DNA of 64,000 nt from Bugula neritina (taxonomy: Eukaryota; Animalia; Bryozoa). Made by a program: the position numbers and the translations under genes. Numbering within the stretch: position 1 is the first letter of the stretch; each line of letters opens with the position of its first letter. The notes under the pieces are model-generated. The model was not told the origin of the DNA and did no database searches. It saw only the letters and a list, made by a program, of their open reading frames with translations. The stretch covers positions 7,884,698 to 7,948,697 of the forward strand of contig OZ037765.1 of NCBI GenBank assembly GCA_964035545.1, written 5' to 3'. Of the stretch, positions 11,101-38,950 are shown in pieces.

Positions 11101-14100
11101 TTGAAAGGCAACATGGATGAGCTCTTTGCTACACTTCATGCCCTTCTTAGAAATTATGTGGCCGTCCTATGGATCTGCAGGCTGAACACGCATGCCAAGT
11201 CACTTCTGTAAGATCTTGGATGGTTCTAAAAATCACTCTCATCAAAATTAATTGTTGCAGTATGTTATAATATAGCATTGCTGTAATATTATTGTCACTT
11301 ATAGAGACTTGAATACAGAGATGTTGGATGCACTAAGAATTAGCAACAGTGAGACTATAGATCTGGTGCTCTCTTCAGGTACTCCCCCCCCCCCCCCAAC
11401 CACCTGTTAATAATAGTTCAACAGTAATCAGTCTTAATAATTGTCTGTTGACGGATAACTATTATGGGCCAATAGCTTAAAGTTCTACAAGTTTCTAAGT
11501 GATTTGAATTGTACTGACACTGTTACAGAGAAACATGTATAAACTAGTTACTAGATGTTAGCTTATTAAAGCGAATATGAAAAGTTTGAAAATTACAGAA
11601 TAACATGGTCTTAATAGTTCAACAGCCACGTACTGGGGCTTGATTGACCTTGTTTCTTTTGTTTGTGATATGCTCCAATTTTCTACTTGAGCTTAAATTT
11701 CTGATAAAAAGTTGAAAATTAAATTAAAAATTTAGCACTTTTCCAATGCCTACTTATTTTTAGTCGGAAGAAATTCTAATAAATGGTATGGCTTTAAATT
11801 AGTATTAGTGGTACCTTCCCATAGGCATTAATTGAGCCTTATGCAGTATAGCCTAATAATTGAAATATGTTTTCAGACAATATATGAAGTGTTAAATTAC
11901 TGTTCCATTCAGTTTGCTATTTAACAAAATTTATCTTTTTTTTTCTCTAGCATCAATTAGCCAGCAACACACAATATCTGCTCTTTACAAATTCCTTACT
12001 GAAGTAGGAGGAGCTAAGGCGTTTGCTCTAATTCAACCCTCAGTCAACAAGCATGATTATTATGAGCACTTGGATGCGCTCACGATGGCCACGTGTCAGA
12101 CACTGTATCCTTATTTATTTAATTCATTTTCAAGAAGTAAATTCTGTGAAAAAATACTTCAAATATACACAGACTTCGCAATGTATAGACCATTTTGATA
12201 AGTAATTGTCAAGCCTTTTACCTTTACAGAACTATATACATCACTAAGTGAAAGCTCAAATGAGAGATAAAAATTTGATAGGAAAGTAAATTTAGTTAAC
12301 ATTTTCATATTAAAATTCTTTGAGATTTATTTTTGTTTTGTAAACAGGCTTCAAGAAGCTGGTTCTGTAATAAAGGCTTATTTTGTGAAGAAGGCATTCA
12401 CTTGAAATTTCATTGAGCATAATTAAAATGAGTAAATTTTTTCAAGTAGAATGACTTGAGAAGCAAATTGTAGGAAGAAACTCAGCTCTGTTGCTTGTTA
12501 TAGGTTATAAAGTGCAGTTTAGAATGTAAGGATGAGATATTTCTTATTTTCCATAACAAAATAATATGCAGATGGCCTGAGACACCAGATCTACAGTTAC
12601 CAGAGTTTCTGCTGGCTAGTAATGAGTTAACTGCTCTACAAGACTACTGCATGCTGCTAGAAGGTCATTGTAAAACTTCCTATTGCTCCAGAATGTTCTT
12701 ACTGGGTCAAACATATTTGCTTGAAAGGTAATTTAAGCAGATACCCAGCATTGATTTATTCATCAACAGAAACTAGTTTCTTCTATCAAGTATTGAATTT
12801 ACTCCTTTTTACTTAAAAGGAAATAGTTCTGTCCTGTATTTTTTCATAGAAATCGCTACAACTTCTGTAAACAAGTAGCCTCGTATGGAAGGTTAAAGTT
12901 ACGTTAATTGCAAGAAAAAAGTTTTGTAGTACCGTATTTATTGTACTTATGTTATTGTCGATTTGATATGTTGAAAATGTTTAGCTACATATAATAATAT
13001 AGTTTGGACTACTATTAAGATTAAGAAAATAGTACTTCATCAGTAGTGTTTGATACCTACCAGCACCAACTCTCTTAGCAGGTAGAGTGAGCGTTTACTA
13101 ATACACTATCATATTAGCCAACTCCACTTGTGACATCTTCTCAATAGCAGTGTTTGTGCGTGCAAAGCTATAGCATGCTGTCCCTTTCTTTTAATATTTC
13201 ATTACTGCAGTAAAACACTAGTAAAGATGATAATAATGATTATAACAGGGAACCAGAAAAAGCATATGCTTGCTTCATGGAGACACTGTATGGGTTGTTT
13301 GAAGAAGGCGCAGATACTGAGCAGGCAGATATGCAAGAAGAGGCTGCTTCTACTCGTCAACTCCAGTTCTGCTCCAAAGTAACGTTCTTATGATATTTTC
13401 AGTCATAATCTTGTCTATGTTATGTATTTTCTTCGTGATTACAAGTGTAGAAATTCTTCATAAACCAGATAATGTAGTACTTATATAACATAGTAATACA
13501 TAGTATATACACAGTAATACATAGTAATACATAGTATATACTATGTATATACTATGTATATACATAGTATATACATAGTATATCCATAGTATATACATAG
13601 TATATACATAGTAATACATAGTATATACATAGTAATACATAGTATATACATAGTATATACATAGTAATACATAGTATATACATAGTATATACATAGTAAT
13701 ACATAGTATATACATAGTAATACATGTAGGTATATTCTCTCGTATGCAGGTTATAGAGGTGTTTGAGAAATTCTCTTACTCTGAGCAAGTGGTGCTGATG
13801 AGTCAGCAGACACTCAAACTTACCAACAGTCAGCAGGTATGTGTCATTATCACTGTGTCAAAGTTGGCTCTCTATTTCCGCTGCATCATATATGAAACCA
13901 AGTAGCTAATATGTTTCACTAACATCAATGTAACTGTTCATTGATCAGCTGTAGAAATATATTGAGATACTTCTTGAATTTAAATTCAGCTTTGACATTA
14001 GTTATTGTTTTTTGTTTGTACTTGTGTTTTCCTTCCTTCTGGAACACCTGATTTTATTAATTTATAATAGCTTCTCTGACTGGCCTGAACCTTTTTATAT

Positions 14101-17100
14101 CAAAATAATACAGCTTGTTGAAAATCATTTCTTTTTAAACTCATGTTTACGGTTTGTATAGTTTGGTCTATAAAGTTCCACAATTCACAGAAAATACTTG
14201 AAAATCAACTAAGGATATCTAGCTATACTTGCAGGTTGCACAGCCTACACACCTATAGTTTCGTAATACAACTAGGTTATTCATATCCTCGCTGTAGGTT
14301 AGGTTATTAATATTTGTAATTTTATGATATATGCTTTCATTTCAGTCAAGTCTGTCGGCCAAAATATTTCGACACAGTCTGAAGTTGAGGCATTATGATG
14401 AGGCTTTTAAAGCCATATTGTCTATCACTGATCAGTGAGTTTAGCATAGTATAGTATATTATGTTACTTGTAAGTTGCAGGTCATGTCTTGATTTGATCT
14501 AGTTGAAAGAGTAGTTTTCTCCTGTATAATGGCATTTACACAGTTGATAGCCCATTGTTTTTACTATTTCTATTTATTAGTGAATTTTTTTTATTAATTT
14601 GTTGCAGTGAACTCAAAATGAACTGTTTGTATCAGTTTGTGTCAACACTTTGTGACACTGGGGAACTGAAAACTTTAGCCTCATATCCATACAAAGAGAT
14701 GGATAGTCAGGAAGATCTTAAGCCAGCTATCGTGTCTTTACTACTGAAGAAAGCCAGAACTGTAGATCTTACTGTCAAAAATTACTATGACCTACTCTAT
14801 GCTTTTCTAGTTATCAACAATGATATGCTCAGTGGTAATACTATAATACTGTTAGCGTTTATTTTTCATTGTGTATAAAGTATGCATGGTACAACTTTAA
14901 TATGATTTTTTTAATTTAAATTCACAGTCTTATTGTATTTAATAGTTTGTGAACGTCTGGAAAATTTAGAAACATTAATTAATAAATTTGTTGTTTTCGA
15001 CTTCACTTTTTACTGATCTGATTACAGCTGCTAATGTCATGTATGAATGCTGTGGCCGTCTCAGCTGTGAGCTGTCTGGAATAGCAGCCCTACAGAAGAA
15101 AGCCAAATGTCTACTCGCCTGTATTCATGCTCTGCAATGTGTCCCCACATCATCAGCTTGGATTGCTCCTGACTCATTCACACAGGTTAATATATAGGAT
15201 TCCTGCTCATGTGACATTCAATGTCTGTACTTTATAAGTTTACATCTTTCAAACTAATCCAATATTATATGTATTCTATCTATAATCAACCCTACATTCT
15301 GAACACTAGACGATTAAGTGTAGGAATTTTATTGAAGATTTTTCTTGTTCAAGTTGAATATTAACATGTATGAAGATATTATATATGCATATAATATATA
15401 GTGCTCCCTCTATATCTCGCTATACTGGGAGTTTCAAAACCTCAATTCATGACATAGTAGAATACCGTATTTAACTCACGGATCTGTTAAATTCCGCCAT
15501 TTTGTCCCTATACACACATCTATAGTCCATAAAACGGAGGGGGGGGTTCAAGCCCTTCAAGTGACCTGTGGAATTTCGTGAGAAATTAGCCATGAGATAT
15601 GGAGGGAGCACTGTCTTATTGTATTTGATATTAAGAAGAGCTAATTTGACATTTCGCCAATTTTCAGTCTAAATATATGCCTGGCCGAGAGGCTCTGGTT
15701 AAAAGAACTAGCCAAGGCAAGCAGAAACCAAAGTCAATGTCTCAAGTGAAGATACTAACATTACAGGATATTGAGAAGGAGTATATGCTGGTCAACATGG
15801 CCCTCAGGTTGTCCGCCAACAGCAACAAACAAATTAGTGAGTCATATAATAGACAACACAGTCTTCTCTTAAACTAAGTTATGCCACAGAATATAGTGGT
15901 TTGAAATGGCAAACCATCAACACTAATCAATGTTTAAACTGTTTATATAATATGTGTAGCATTCATTGATTTAGTCTCTTCACAAGCGGAAGGTTTTTTT
16001 CTGTTTGCATCAGAAGGCAACTTCCTTGAGATATTGTCGATTTTACGGCAAAAATATTAAAAATAATAAAGCTTTAAATAATAGTTTTTATTCTAAAAAT
16101 TGTTTTACCTAAATATTACTTGGAATATTCATGATTGACAAAAAATCAACTTGAAAAATTTTAAATAATGGTCTGAAATTGTTTAAAATAGTTTTTCCAT
16201 CAACTATTTTAATTATTATATATGTAACGCAACTTCAAAATAGAAATTTTACTGTACCAATAATTATGTGCTTAATCTAGAAATGTATGGGTTTTTGTCA
16301 TTACATGTACCGTGCTTGTCCCCGATGAAGACAACTCTCAATATGTTGTAGGGTTAATTGATGAAATTGCCAGGTAAGAATTTTAAATTGATAAGATTTC
16401 TGTTGTAGGTTCAGCATATCAAGATCCTAATGAGATCATAACTTTGCTCTGCAGCATTGGAATGTATGATGAGGCTATTGAAGTTTGTACCACGTACAAT
16501 TTTGAAATGTCGCACATATTTGAAAGTCTTGCCTTCAGGTATTGCAACTTTTGCACCTCCTGTTTCCTCTATTTATTAGCTTGTACCATTACTTGACAAG
16601 TGCATTGGCTTGAAATTCTATGGCGGCTAATGGTCTAGCAAATTCTTTTAAACCCATCCCCGTCTATGTAACTGAAAATGTACTCTTGTGTAAGCACTTA
16701 TAAATGTAATGCATATACGACATTCCAAACGTTGCTTTTTTGTTATTATGTTATTCTGTATGTTAAGTATGCTGTATTACAGGTGTATTCGAATGATGAA
16801 AGAAGCTAAGAACAATAACTTGAGCGAGGTGGCTGAAGAGTCTAAAGTCTGGTTGACCTACAACCGTCTTCCCACAGAAACCTCCTACTCCAGGTACATG
16901 TTTATTTGTTTCAACTAGCCAGTGAGAATTTCTTTTACCAGTCATAAAATTTTTATAACAAAAGTCATATGCATTTCATACTCTGAGATAAAACTCACGC
17001 AAGTTTATAGTCACCATCCCTGTTAGAAAACCCCTGATGGAAGGGGTTTTGTTAAATCGGGCTAAGGACTTATTTGGATGGGGCACAGGAGCAATTATGA

Positions 17101-18331
17101 CTGGATGCTCTTCCTAGCATCACCAATGGCCTTTGTCGGGGCTCGAACTTTGTGTTTACAGTTACTAGGCAAATGCTCCAACCCCTAGACCACAGCTGCT
17201 CCCTCAGTTCATACTCTGAAATGCGACTTCTTAAATGATCGGCATTCTTCATGTTTATTTTAGTTGTTGTGACCAAGCCTGGAAAATTTTAAGGCATTAC
17301 TTACAACTATACGACATAGTCTCAACTAAATACCACAAGATTGTTGTGAATAAATTGCTTGCCAACAATTCCAGCTTACCAGAGTGGTTGATTTCATCTT
17401 ACAAGGTAAAGAATTATTATTTATAGGCTTTTGGTTTTAGCTATTTTTTGATAGTTGGAAAGTAGATGTGAAAGCGCCTTTCAATTTTCACTACAAAGAG
17501 AATCAATTCTATTTATTTTACTTATTTTCCGGACTCATGAAATCATAGTAACTTGCGTACAACAATAGTATATTCATGAATTTTAATAAAATGTTGCTGT
17601 TTTTATGGTGCCAGTTTTCAGAAAATGTATTTTATTGTGAAAGGAGAACTTGAAATTCTACATTTTCATTGGTCAGAAAGTCAACTGTCTTGTATAACAT
17701 CACTATTCCAATTACATTATAGTTTAAGAACGTGGCAGAACTACTAAAAATCTACCTTCAGTATGATCTCATTGAAGAGGCGGTCGATCTGAGCACGGAG
17801 TTCCTCACAGCTGTAACTGGCAGCACATTTGAAAAATTTGGTTTAGAGGTTTGTATGTCGTGTTCTTGAAGACACCACAATATACTGCAATATTCAATCT
17901 ACATTCTTGTGTAAAACAGTTCAGCATGTAATAATGCCTTTTCAGAGTTCCCTCAGTGCCACTATGGGCAGTTCTTCAGTCTGGGTGCCGTACACTTCCT
18001 TAGATGTGCTGCTCAATTTATTGGAAGAATACCAAAGTGATCCCTACTATTTACAGGTAATTTGTAGACAAGAACTTTCATAGTTATGCAGTAGGTAGTT
18101 TCCTCAGGTAGGTATTCTACATAGTGCATTTTGCAGACTATGTTTATTGCATGTTCCAAGTTTTAAAATAGCAATATTATATACAAGTTGATTTGATTTT
18201 TTGATCATTTTCTGTAGCTTTTCAACAAATTGAAAAGTGCTATAGAGCACTACATGAGTGATCTGGAAGACAAAAGTCACGGCGCACTGAAACTGGCCCA
18301 AGCAGCAAGATTTTCTACCCCTGTGGTGTAA
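5192..18331 (+). CDS. NUP160: Nuclear pore complex protein Nup160 (about 30 coding exons)
   Basis: ATG at 5192 and first exons 5192-5270, 5394-5487, 5653-5848. An internal exon from 12572 reads LWPETPDLQLPEFLLAS...LQDYCMLL...SRMFLLG. The C-terminal exons read LPEWLISSYK/FKNVAELLKIYLQYDLIEEAVDLSTEFL.../SSLSATMGSSSVWVPYTSLDVLL, matching the Nup160 C-terminus. TAA at 18329-18331; AATAAA at 18458. Confidence 0.9.
12105..12571 (+). other. U12-type (minor spliceosome) GT-AG intron in NUP160
   Basis: 5' site GTATCCTTAT at 12105; branch-point-like TTCCATAAC at 12549-12557, about 14 nt before the AG (12570-12571); no polypyrimidine tract. Splicing restores the frame CT|A TGG CCT (LWP). Confidence 0.85.
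13488..13724. repeat. Intronic minisatellite of 10-11 bp units (CATAGTAATA / CATAGTATATA) with an inverted core
   Basis: Directly visible tandem array in a NUP160 intron; contains a perfect 48-bp palindrome at 13536-13583. Confidence 0.95.
15399..15613. mobile_element. MITE of about 215 bp, Tc1/mariner(pogo)-like termini
   Basis: Imperfect TIR: TAGTGCTCCCTCTATATCTC (left) versus GAGATATGGAGGGAGCACTG (right, i.e. CAGTGCTCCCTC reverse-complemented). TA on the left flank; right TSD degenerate. No ORF. Confidence 0.7.
17010..17202 (-). mobile_element. Degenerate tRNA-derived SINE remnant
   Basis: Minus strand has A-box-like TGGTCTAGGGG (17192-17182) and B-box-like GTTCGAGCCC (17148-17139) at tRNA-like spacing, followed by a non-tRNA body with a hairpin AAAACCCCT...AGGGGTTTT. 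No complete cloverleaf. Confidence 0.6.
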
Positions 18332-18561
18332 TGTTCTGGTGAAAACAAGTTGGACAAGTCACATTCTGTATAAATATTATGTATTATAGCCTTTGTAATT
18401 GATCGAATTAATGTATAAATTTTCATTTATTCATAAAATATCTTGAATTTTACATACAATAAAATAACATTAACATTAGTCTACTTTGTGTTTATTGCAA
18501 CAGCACGCTATATAGACGTAGAACGCATTCTTGAATTTGTTTTCTGTATCTGGAGCCAGAC

Positions 18562-23404
<4,843 letters not shown>

Positions 23405-23721
23405 TTTACAGTCTCGTCATATATTGTTAATGTTTCAACAAAGTATAAAAGAATATAAGAATAATGTAATTAAGGCTCTTATTTAATAATAATATCAATT
23501 AACAATTTTATAACTTTCAGTTTCTGAACTCTGTCACGTTGGATCAAGCGTCGTAATTTTGTTCACATGTAGTGATATCTGTCTTAGCAACTTTAGAAGG
23601 CATCGTAACTACCTGGTATATTTCAATAAATATTAGCGGCTGGAAAATGTCCTAAGATGAGGTCAACACCCAGCCAATCAACTAAGACGTACAAGTTCTT
23701 TGACGTTTTTAACATAACAAC
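23405..23721. promoter_or_regulatory. Bidirectional promoter of RIOK2/PSMC3
   Basis: Only 317 bp between the two start codons. Contains a CCAAT box (CAGCCAATCA, 23671-23680), a CRE-like TGACGT at 23701 and retained CpGs. Confidence 0.75.
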
Positions 23722-32850
<9,129 letters not shown>

Positions 32851-35800
32851 TGGAAATAATATTTTGCTGTATTTCTTAGAGTAATAGTTTGTAATAAAAT
32901 ATACATTATGGGCTGTAGAATAAATTTTGCCTTTTCTTCTCACAAATTTAAAATAGTTAATAAATTTACAATGGTTGCATTCAATACCATTATTATTTAC
33001 TCTTGGTGTTTTAGAACAAAGCCAAAGGCAGGCAGTGTAGTTATATAATTTCTCTGTGTGTGTTTACTGAATCAAACACCAGGTTGCAATACAATAATCT
33101 GTGTAAGGATAATCCACCAATATTCATTCAAATTTGAGATATGCAGTTAACACACATTACAATAATATGCATAGCTGCTGGACTTAGTAACAAACAGAGC
33201 TGCCTCTTAGAATGGATGTACACAACAGCTCTATTTTCCTGTGATGTTTGTTATGGAAAAGGAATGTCTTGAATATCCATCCAAAAATTGAGAAATCAGC
33301 AACTATCTGCTATGATAGCATTATGCATGCATTCAAAAGTAATTTTAGAATTTCAATTTTACTATACAGTGGTGCCTTATCTGCAATAATGTATGTATAA
33401 TGAAGATAAAATTAAACTTTGGACTGTTTAAATCATAAAAGAGCTCATAAAACCAGTCAAAATTATGCTGGTAATATGCAGCAACAAATCATGATGTGTG
33501 TTATCTGCATAGCTGATTTCATTTTGCAACATGAACTGCTTGCTGTCAATGTCCATTATAGTCATGTGATCATTTCCTGCGTTGTTACACTCTGGTACAG
33601 CTTGTTTATTTGATATTCACAACTCAAAGATAAGACTTGCAAGTGCTTCCTGCTGCAAACTATGTTTACAAAATCCTGCTTACGTGAATCACTTAACTTA
33701 CTTGATACTACAATATACTGAATCGTTTGTAATCTGTTCCATATTAAAATGTCTTCCCATAGTCCCTATTCATTTCTCTACCGTCCCATAAAGGCTAAAC
33801 ATTGGTGAAATTTAATAATAAATATATTAATGCCCATAAATGCATTTTAGTATTTGTAATTTGCATAGTAGCAAAATTTTCCACTTCATATCCACTGCTT
33901 TATCAATGAACAGTTATGAAATATTTGTTCATGCGATAAGATTTTTTGAAGCTTTTAAGTGATCATGATTTAAATGATTTTATTCATTGTCTATCAGCAT
34001 TGCTTAATGGTGAAGAAGCAATAAGCACCTTTGTAGAGTTTTATGGTGTCTCAAATATGAAGCTACTGCTTATACATGCAACACTGATTTCTACACCTTA
34101 TCAAATATTTCCCACAGATTTACATTGCCCGCTATCTTCCGTTATATGACTTCAAAACAGTTGAATATATTTGTAATTCTGATAACATAGAGGTAAGCTG
34201 TTTCACTTGCCAAATGTCAGATGAATAATGTTATCACTTTTTTCACCCATGTTTCAAATCCTGGGCTCTTGAGGCTGTATAAAAATATATGCAGGTGGTT
34301 AATGCAACAAAATCTCACACAGTATCTTAAGTGAACAGATTTAAGGACATGGTCATTATAACCAATTTATAACTTGAAACATATTTTATAATATTATAAT
34401 GGTACGAATTTTTTGCACCAACATGCTGATTGACAAAAGAACATACAATATTTTCCAGGATTTTATTTCTAGAGTAAAATCACACACCATACATACCAGT
34501 GTAGCTTCAACAGTAATATTACGATAAGCTAACTAGCAGTTACGTGTTTCCAATTATAATTGGTGGTTAGCCAAAATGTATAATATTATTAGCTGTTTGT
34601 CACATGTAACTGAGCCAACATACCACATCAGTTCATCAGATAATGAAAGGTCTACAGTCATGTGAATGGGACTAATCAACTCAAATTTATCACATTTAGC
34701 TACTAGAATCCAACCGGGCTGTATGGGATATATTGCCGGCTAGTTTCCCCGCACTAACACTGACACACGATTAAAGTTCAATTATTATAGATATTTTTAA
34801 AAGGTAAGCTTTCATACTTCTATACATATAATATGCAAGGGAAATCTGTGACTTTAATCAATGGCTTCTATCACTTTCGTTTTTATTAGCCAAATAAGAC
34901 AATATACCTAAAATATTTGTTGGCAACTTTAATGAATTTCAAGTTGTAATATAATGAACTGGTTATGACCAGTGTTATTAAAAAACAATTATAGTATGTC
35001 ACTATATGACTATAAACACTGCAAAATTGAAGTTCAGTGCAGTGAGTACAGCGCAAAAATTTTACTCGACCATTTGCTATCAATACAGGTTTTTGAAAGT
35101 CAATTCTATTTTTGTATATCAATTTAATCTGAGCTTGGTACAAATTCAAAGGTGTATAACATATTAGTTGAAGTAATTACATGAAATAAACTTACACACA
35201 ATTTTCAGAGCTTTAAATTTTTAAAATTGCATTACCAACCAACTGACATTGATAGAGAAGCTAAGAATGGCCTGTGTTCTAGATTAGAAATTCAGCAAAA
35301 TAAGTTGTTGGTACAATAATTTCAACAGTTCTTTTCTTTTTGCCCCAAACCGGAGTTAAAGACAAAATTGAAAAAAAATAGGTTACTGAAATCTCTCAGA
35401 TAATGCTTTTAAATGTATAAAGTATTCACCTTTATTCACTGAACTGAATTGGGTTATAGTTCAATGCCTATATTAGTTTTCAGGCTATTTGTTTAGATTT
35501 GGTTCTCTTTTTGTCAAAAGGCGGACAACTTCTTACACTGCCATTGCCCCATAAAACTAAAACTTCACAAAAATTTTGTACTCAACTCCCCACCATCATT
35601 CTTATATTAAAATAACATTAACTATATGGCTTCATTTTGAAAGCCTGCATTATTCACTTCTAAAACTGGTTTATTTGGCTCAATTTAATTTCATTACTTC
35701 TAAAGGTTATTTTGTTTTGTAAAATCACTTAATGGAAAACATTTCATGAGGACAAATATTTATGTTGCCCAATGCATGATACATTGCCACTTGTAAACAA

Positions 35801-36827
35801 TTGCTAAATAGCAACAATTAGGCTATTTTTGGCAGTAGAAAGTTTGAAGAACAATTCAACGGGAACAAATTATTCCTGCTGTTACTTTGTGTTTAAATTG
35901 TACTGGTTTTAATTATGGTTAAAGCAAATCATCATATAATATACTAATAAAAATGTCCTTAGAGCTCAATACAAGTGGAGCAAAAACAATGTTTAGCCTT
36001 TCTCAACATGTTTAATTTGTGGTACAGTTCAATCACATTTAGCAGATAACTACCAGCTAAAGCCAATAGTTACTGTGAAGTATGAGCACCAATATCACAA
36101 TATCACAAAATAACACCAATATCACAAAATAGCTCAAAAATATAGGCTAAATCCCTACAAGTCAGTTTTTGAAAAATAAAATTGTCAACTCACATACAAA
36201 ACTATGTTTTTACAGTATGCTGCACAGTGTCTAATTTGCGCTTGCAGCATATTTTCTCTGCAAAAGCAAACTTATATAATAACTTTAAGAAATATTACAA
36301 ACTGTTGAAAAGTACTTATTTTCTTATTTGAAATTTTTATATCAATGAACTTGTTTTGATTATATACTAAGCAATGTAGCTGGTATTCAAAAAGCAGCCA
36401 ATTTAACCTGTTTTCATTCAAAGATAATATTTTGTTACAGGGAAAACGATCCCCATTAGTTGGGGTTATAAATTTTGTTAATTTTTAGCCCTGCCGACCC
36501 GAAGTTGAAAATACATTTTTTCTCTTTTTCAGGCACATTAGCAGATATGGTTATAGTCTATGCTATGCTACCTTGAATTTCGGCTCTTGTTCTAGTAAAC
36601 ACAGCGCTATCTTTTTGTCAATATTTGATTATGGTTCAACGTGCTACTGTGTGACAGTAAAGCCTATTTTTATCTGCCCTGGTGTTGTGACTATACCAAT
36701 CACTGTCTATCTATCAGTCACTCTCAGCTACTTGCCTTATCATATTGTTATAAGACTGATAACTTTAGTATTCATTCAGCAACTCCTGATTTCAGAGGAC
36801 TGGAATTTTTCTTATCACAGTAACATT

Positions 36828-36898
36828 ATTGGCTTGTGGCATCTTTTTGTAGGTGGAGCTTATGCAGAGCTACAAGTCCTGTTGATGCTGGTATAAAA
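36828..36898 (+). promoter_or_regulatory. Putative KLF15 core promoter (inverted CCAAT plus TATA box)
   Basis: ATTGG at about 36828 and TATAAAA at 36892-36898, about 100 bp upstream of the ATG. Confidence 0.5.
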
Positions 36899-36994
36899 AC
36901 TAGGGTCTCTCTAAAAAAGTTGCTGTCAGTTTGTGGTTTTGTGTTAAAAAAGATCTGGTTACCAAAGACAAGGTGGACGCGGTGTTGGTGAAAA

Positions 36995-38110
36995 ATGGTT
37001 AGCGAGTTAGAAGCGCTTCTGATGCAAGGACAGCTCTGCTCCAGTTCACCTCCATATTTTGAACCTCTGCATGACGAGTCGTTCGTTCCACTAAGTAGCA
37101 GTCTGGAAAGAGAGCTGTGTACTCTGCAAAGGCTGAATTCTAGTGGTGAAGAAACTTACTTTTCTGAAAACCAAAGTCCATTTCCTAGTCCAAGCTCTAC
37201 AGATTTAGAATGGGATTTCCTGTTCTCTCAAGGTATTGCTAACGAAAACTTCTACCAGTTGCCTGCTCCTCAGCAGCAATTGTATACTTCAACTAGTAAA
37301 AGAAACGAATTTAGCAATATGCACAGCAACGCTTATAATAGTAACTTTTATTCCAATGCAAATAATTCAAATCTACAATCTCCTATGAGCACTTTCTCTG
37401 ACCCAGAATCTTTATCTGACACTGATCAGTCTCTAGACTCTATGTTAAGGCAGTATCTTTCTGATGATTCCAGCAATGCTGTTCAGAATAGCACTGCATA
37501 TTCTACTTATGAGCAAACTACAAGTAATGCCAGCATGCTCAGCTCAGGTAACAACTCTAATAGCCCAAATAATCAAGATATCGTAGTGCTCGGTGTTGAT
37601 TTGAAAAATCTCATGAACCAGCATACAGCACCTCCTCATCCTGATCACATTTACCAACAACCAACGCCTCCCGTGACAAAGGCTGTCAGCTTGATCAAAC
37701 CAAGGATGGTAACAGCACCTATTTATGGGCATGACTACACGCTTAAAGTAGAGTACGTGCCTCCAACACATATGGGTCTGCATTCAAGACCTCAGTCTAC
37801 AAATCTATCTAAAGATATACTAAAGATGACAATGGATCCTGATAAAATATTTCACTGCGACTACCCTGGCTGTTCAAAGGTTTATGCCAAAAGCTCACAT
37901 CTTAAAGCTCATTTAAGACGTCACACCGGTGAAAAACCGTTTGTTTGCACATGGGATGGCTGTGGTTGGAAATTTTCACGATCTGATGAATTGGCAAGAC
38001 ATAAACGCTCCCATTCTGGAATTAAACCATATCCTTGCAAGATCTGTGATAAAAAATTTGGTCGTTCCGATCATCTTAGTAAACATATGAAGGTTCATAG
38101 GAAATGGTAA
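36995..38110 (+). CDS. KLF15: Kruppel-like factor, KLF15 subfamily (intronless CDS, 371 aa)
   Basis: Three C-terminal C2H2 fingers: [29 protein letters not shown]...[18 protein letters not shown]...[23 protein letters not shown], RSHSGxKPY and SDHLSKHxKVHR are KLF15-type residues. Confidence 0.88.
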   Translation: MVSELEALLMQGQLCSSSPPYFEPLHDESFVPLSSSLERELCTLQRLNSSGEETYFSENQSPFPSPSSTDLEWDFLFSQGIANENFYQLPAPQQQLYTSTSKRNEFSNMHSNAYNSNFYSNANNSNLQSPMSTFSDPESLSDTDQSLDSMLRQYLSDDSSNAVQNSTAYSTYEQTTSNASMLSSGNNSNSPNNQDIVVLGVDLKNLMNQHTAPPHPDHIYQQPTPPVTKAVSLIKPRMVTAPIYGHDYTLKVEYVPPTHMGLHSRPQSTNLSKDILKMTMDPDKIFHCDYPGCSKVYAKSSHLKAHLRRHTGEKPFVCTWDGCGWKFSRSDELARHKRSHSGIKPYPCKICDKKFGRSDHLSKHMKVHRKW

Positions 38111-38950
38111 CTACCTACATCTCAGAATATTCTCTGATTTCGACAGACTGCACATCATTGTTCTGCACACCACACAGCATCTCTGCAGTCAGATCTACTA
38201 TCTCAGTTTACCCTGTTATTAGAATTGTCGATATAATCTGTTTGCCATTATAAAGGTTTCTCAAAAGATTTACTATAAGGAATATAGTTTATGCTACTTA
38301 TCTATTGATATAATTATTATATTATATTTTTCAGGATTTTTGTTATATCAATTATTTTTGTCAACAGCTTGATTTTCAAAACAGCTTGTGAGCCAACTGA
38401 ACAGAACTTCAACTACAATTAAATGATTTTGATTAGCTAATTGTAAACACAGACATAATTGAATTTTAACCCTGTACCATTGTTTGATTGATTGATAGAT
38501 GTAGGCTGCTTTGCTAGATATTATTTATACAAACAAAAACTAGTAGAATATAGTAAAATTTTGAATTACAAACTATACAGTACGACTGTAGACAATGTGA
38601 ATAACATGCATAATATATACATGTAATTGACTTGTTTTTGTATATATTATTAAGTTGATGTGTGATTTGTCTTGTAAAAGTTTTTTAAGCAATGTGAATT
38701 CTTTGCTATATTTATTTGTTCTTTAAACTGATAATACATTATCAGTTCTTATTTTATTTGACTGTTTGTTTAAAGTTAAATAAATAAAGCAAAAGTACAA
38801 TTTTTTTAACAAAATGTTGAAAGCAAACACTGCAAAACTTGTTGATACATTGATTAATGTCATAGTGGTTGAATGTTATAAAGAGTAAACCTAAAAAATA
38901 GCATAGCCCACAAGCTGCATATATTCAAATATTTAATATAAGCATCTGTG

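Noticed and set aside
13458-13788. Tyr/Ile/Cys-rich ORFs and a CRISPR-like look of the repeat array
   Set aside because: The ORFs are translations of a minisatellite; there are no unique spacers or cas genes, and the context is eukaryotic and intronic.
17130-17202. Possible tRNA gene
   Set aside because: A/B boxes are present but there is no intact cloverleaf or terminator; better explained as a SINE head.
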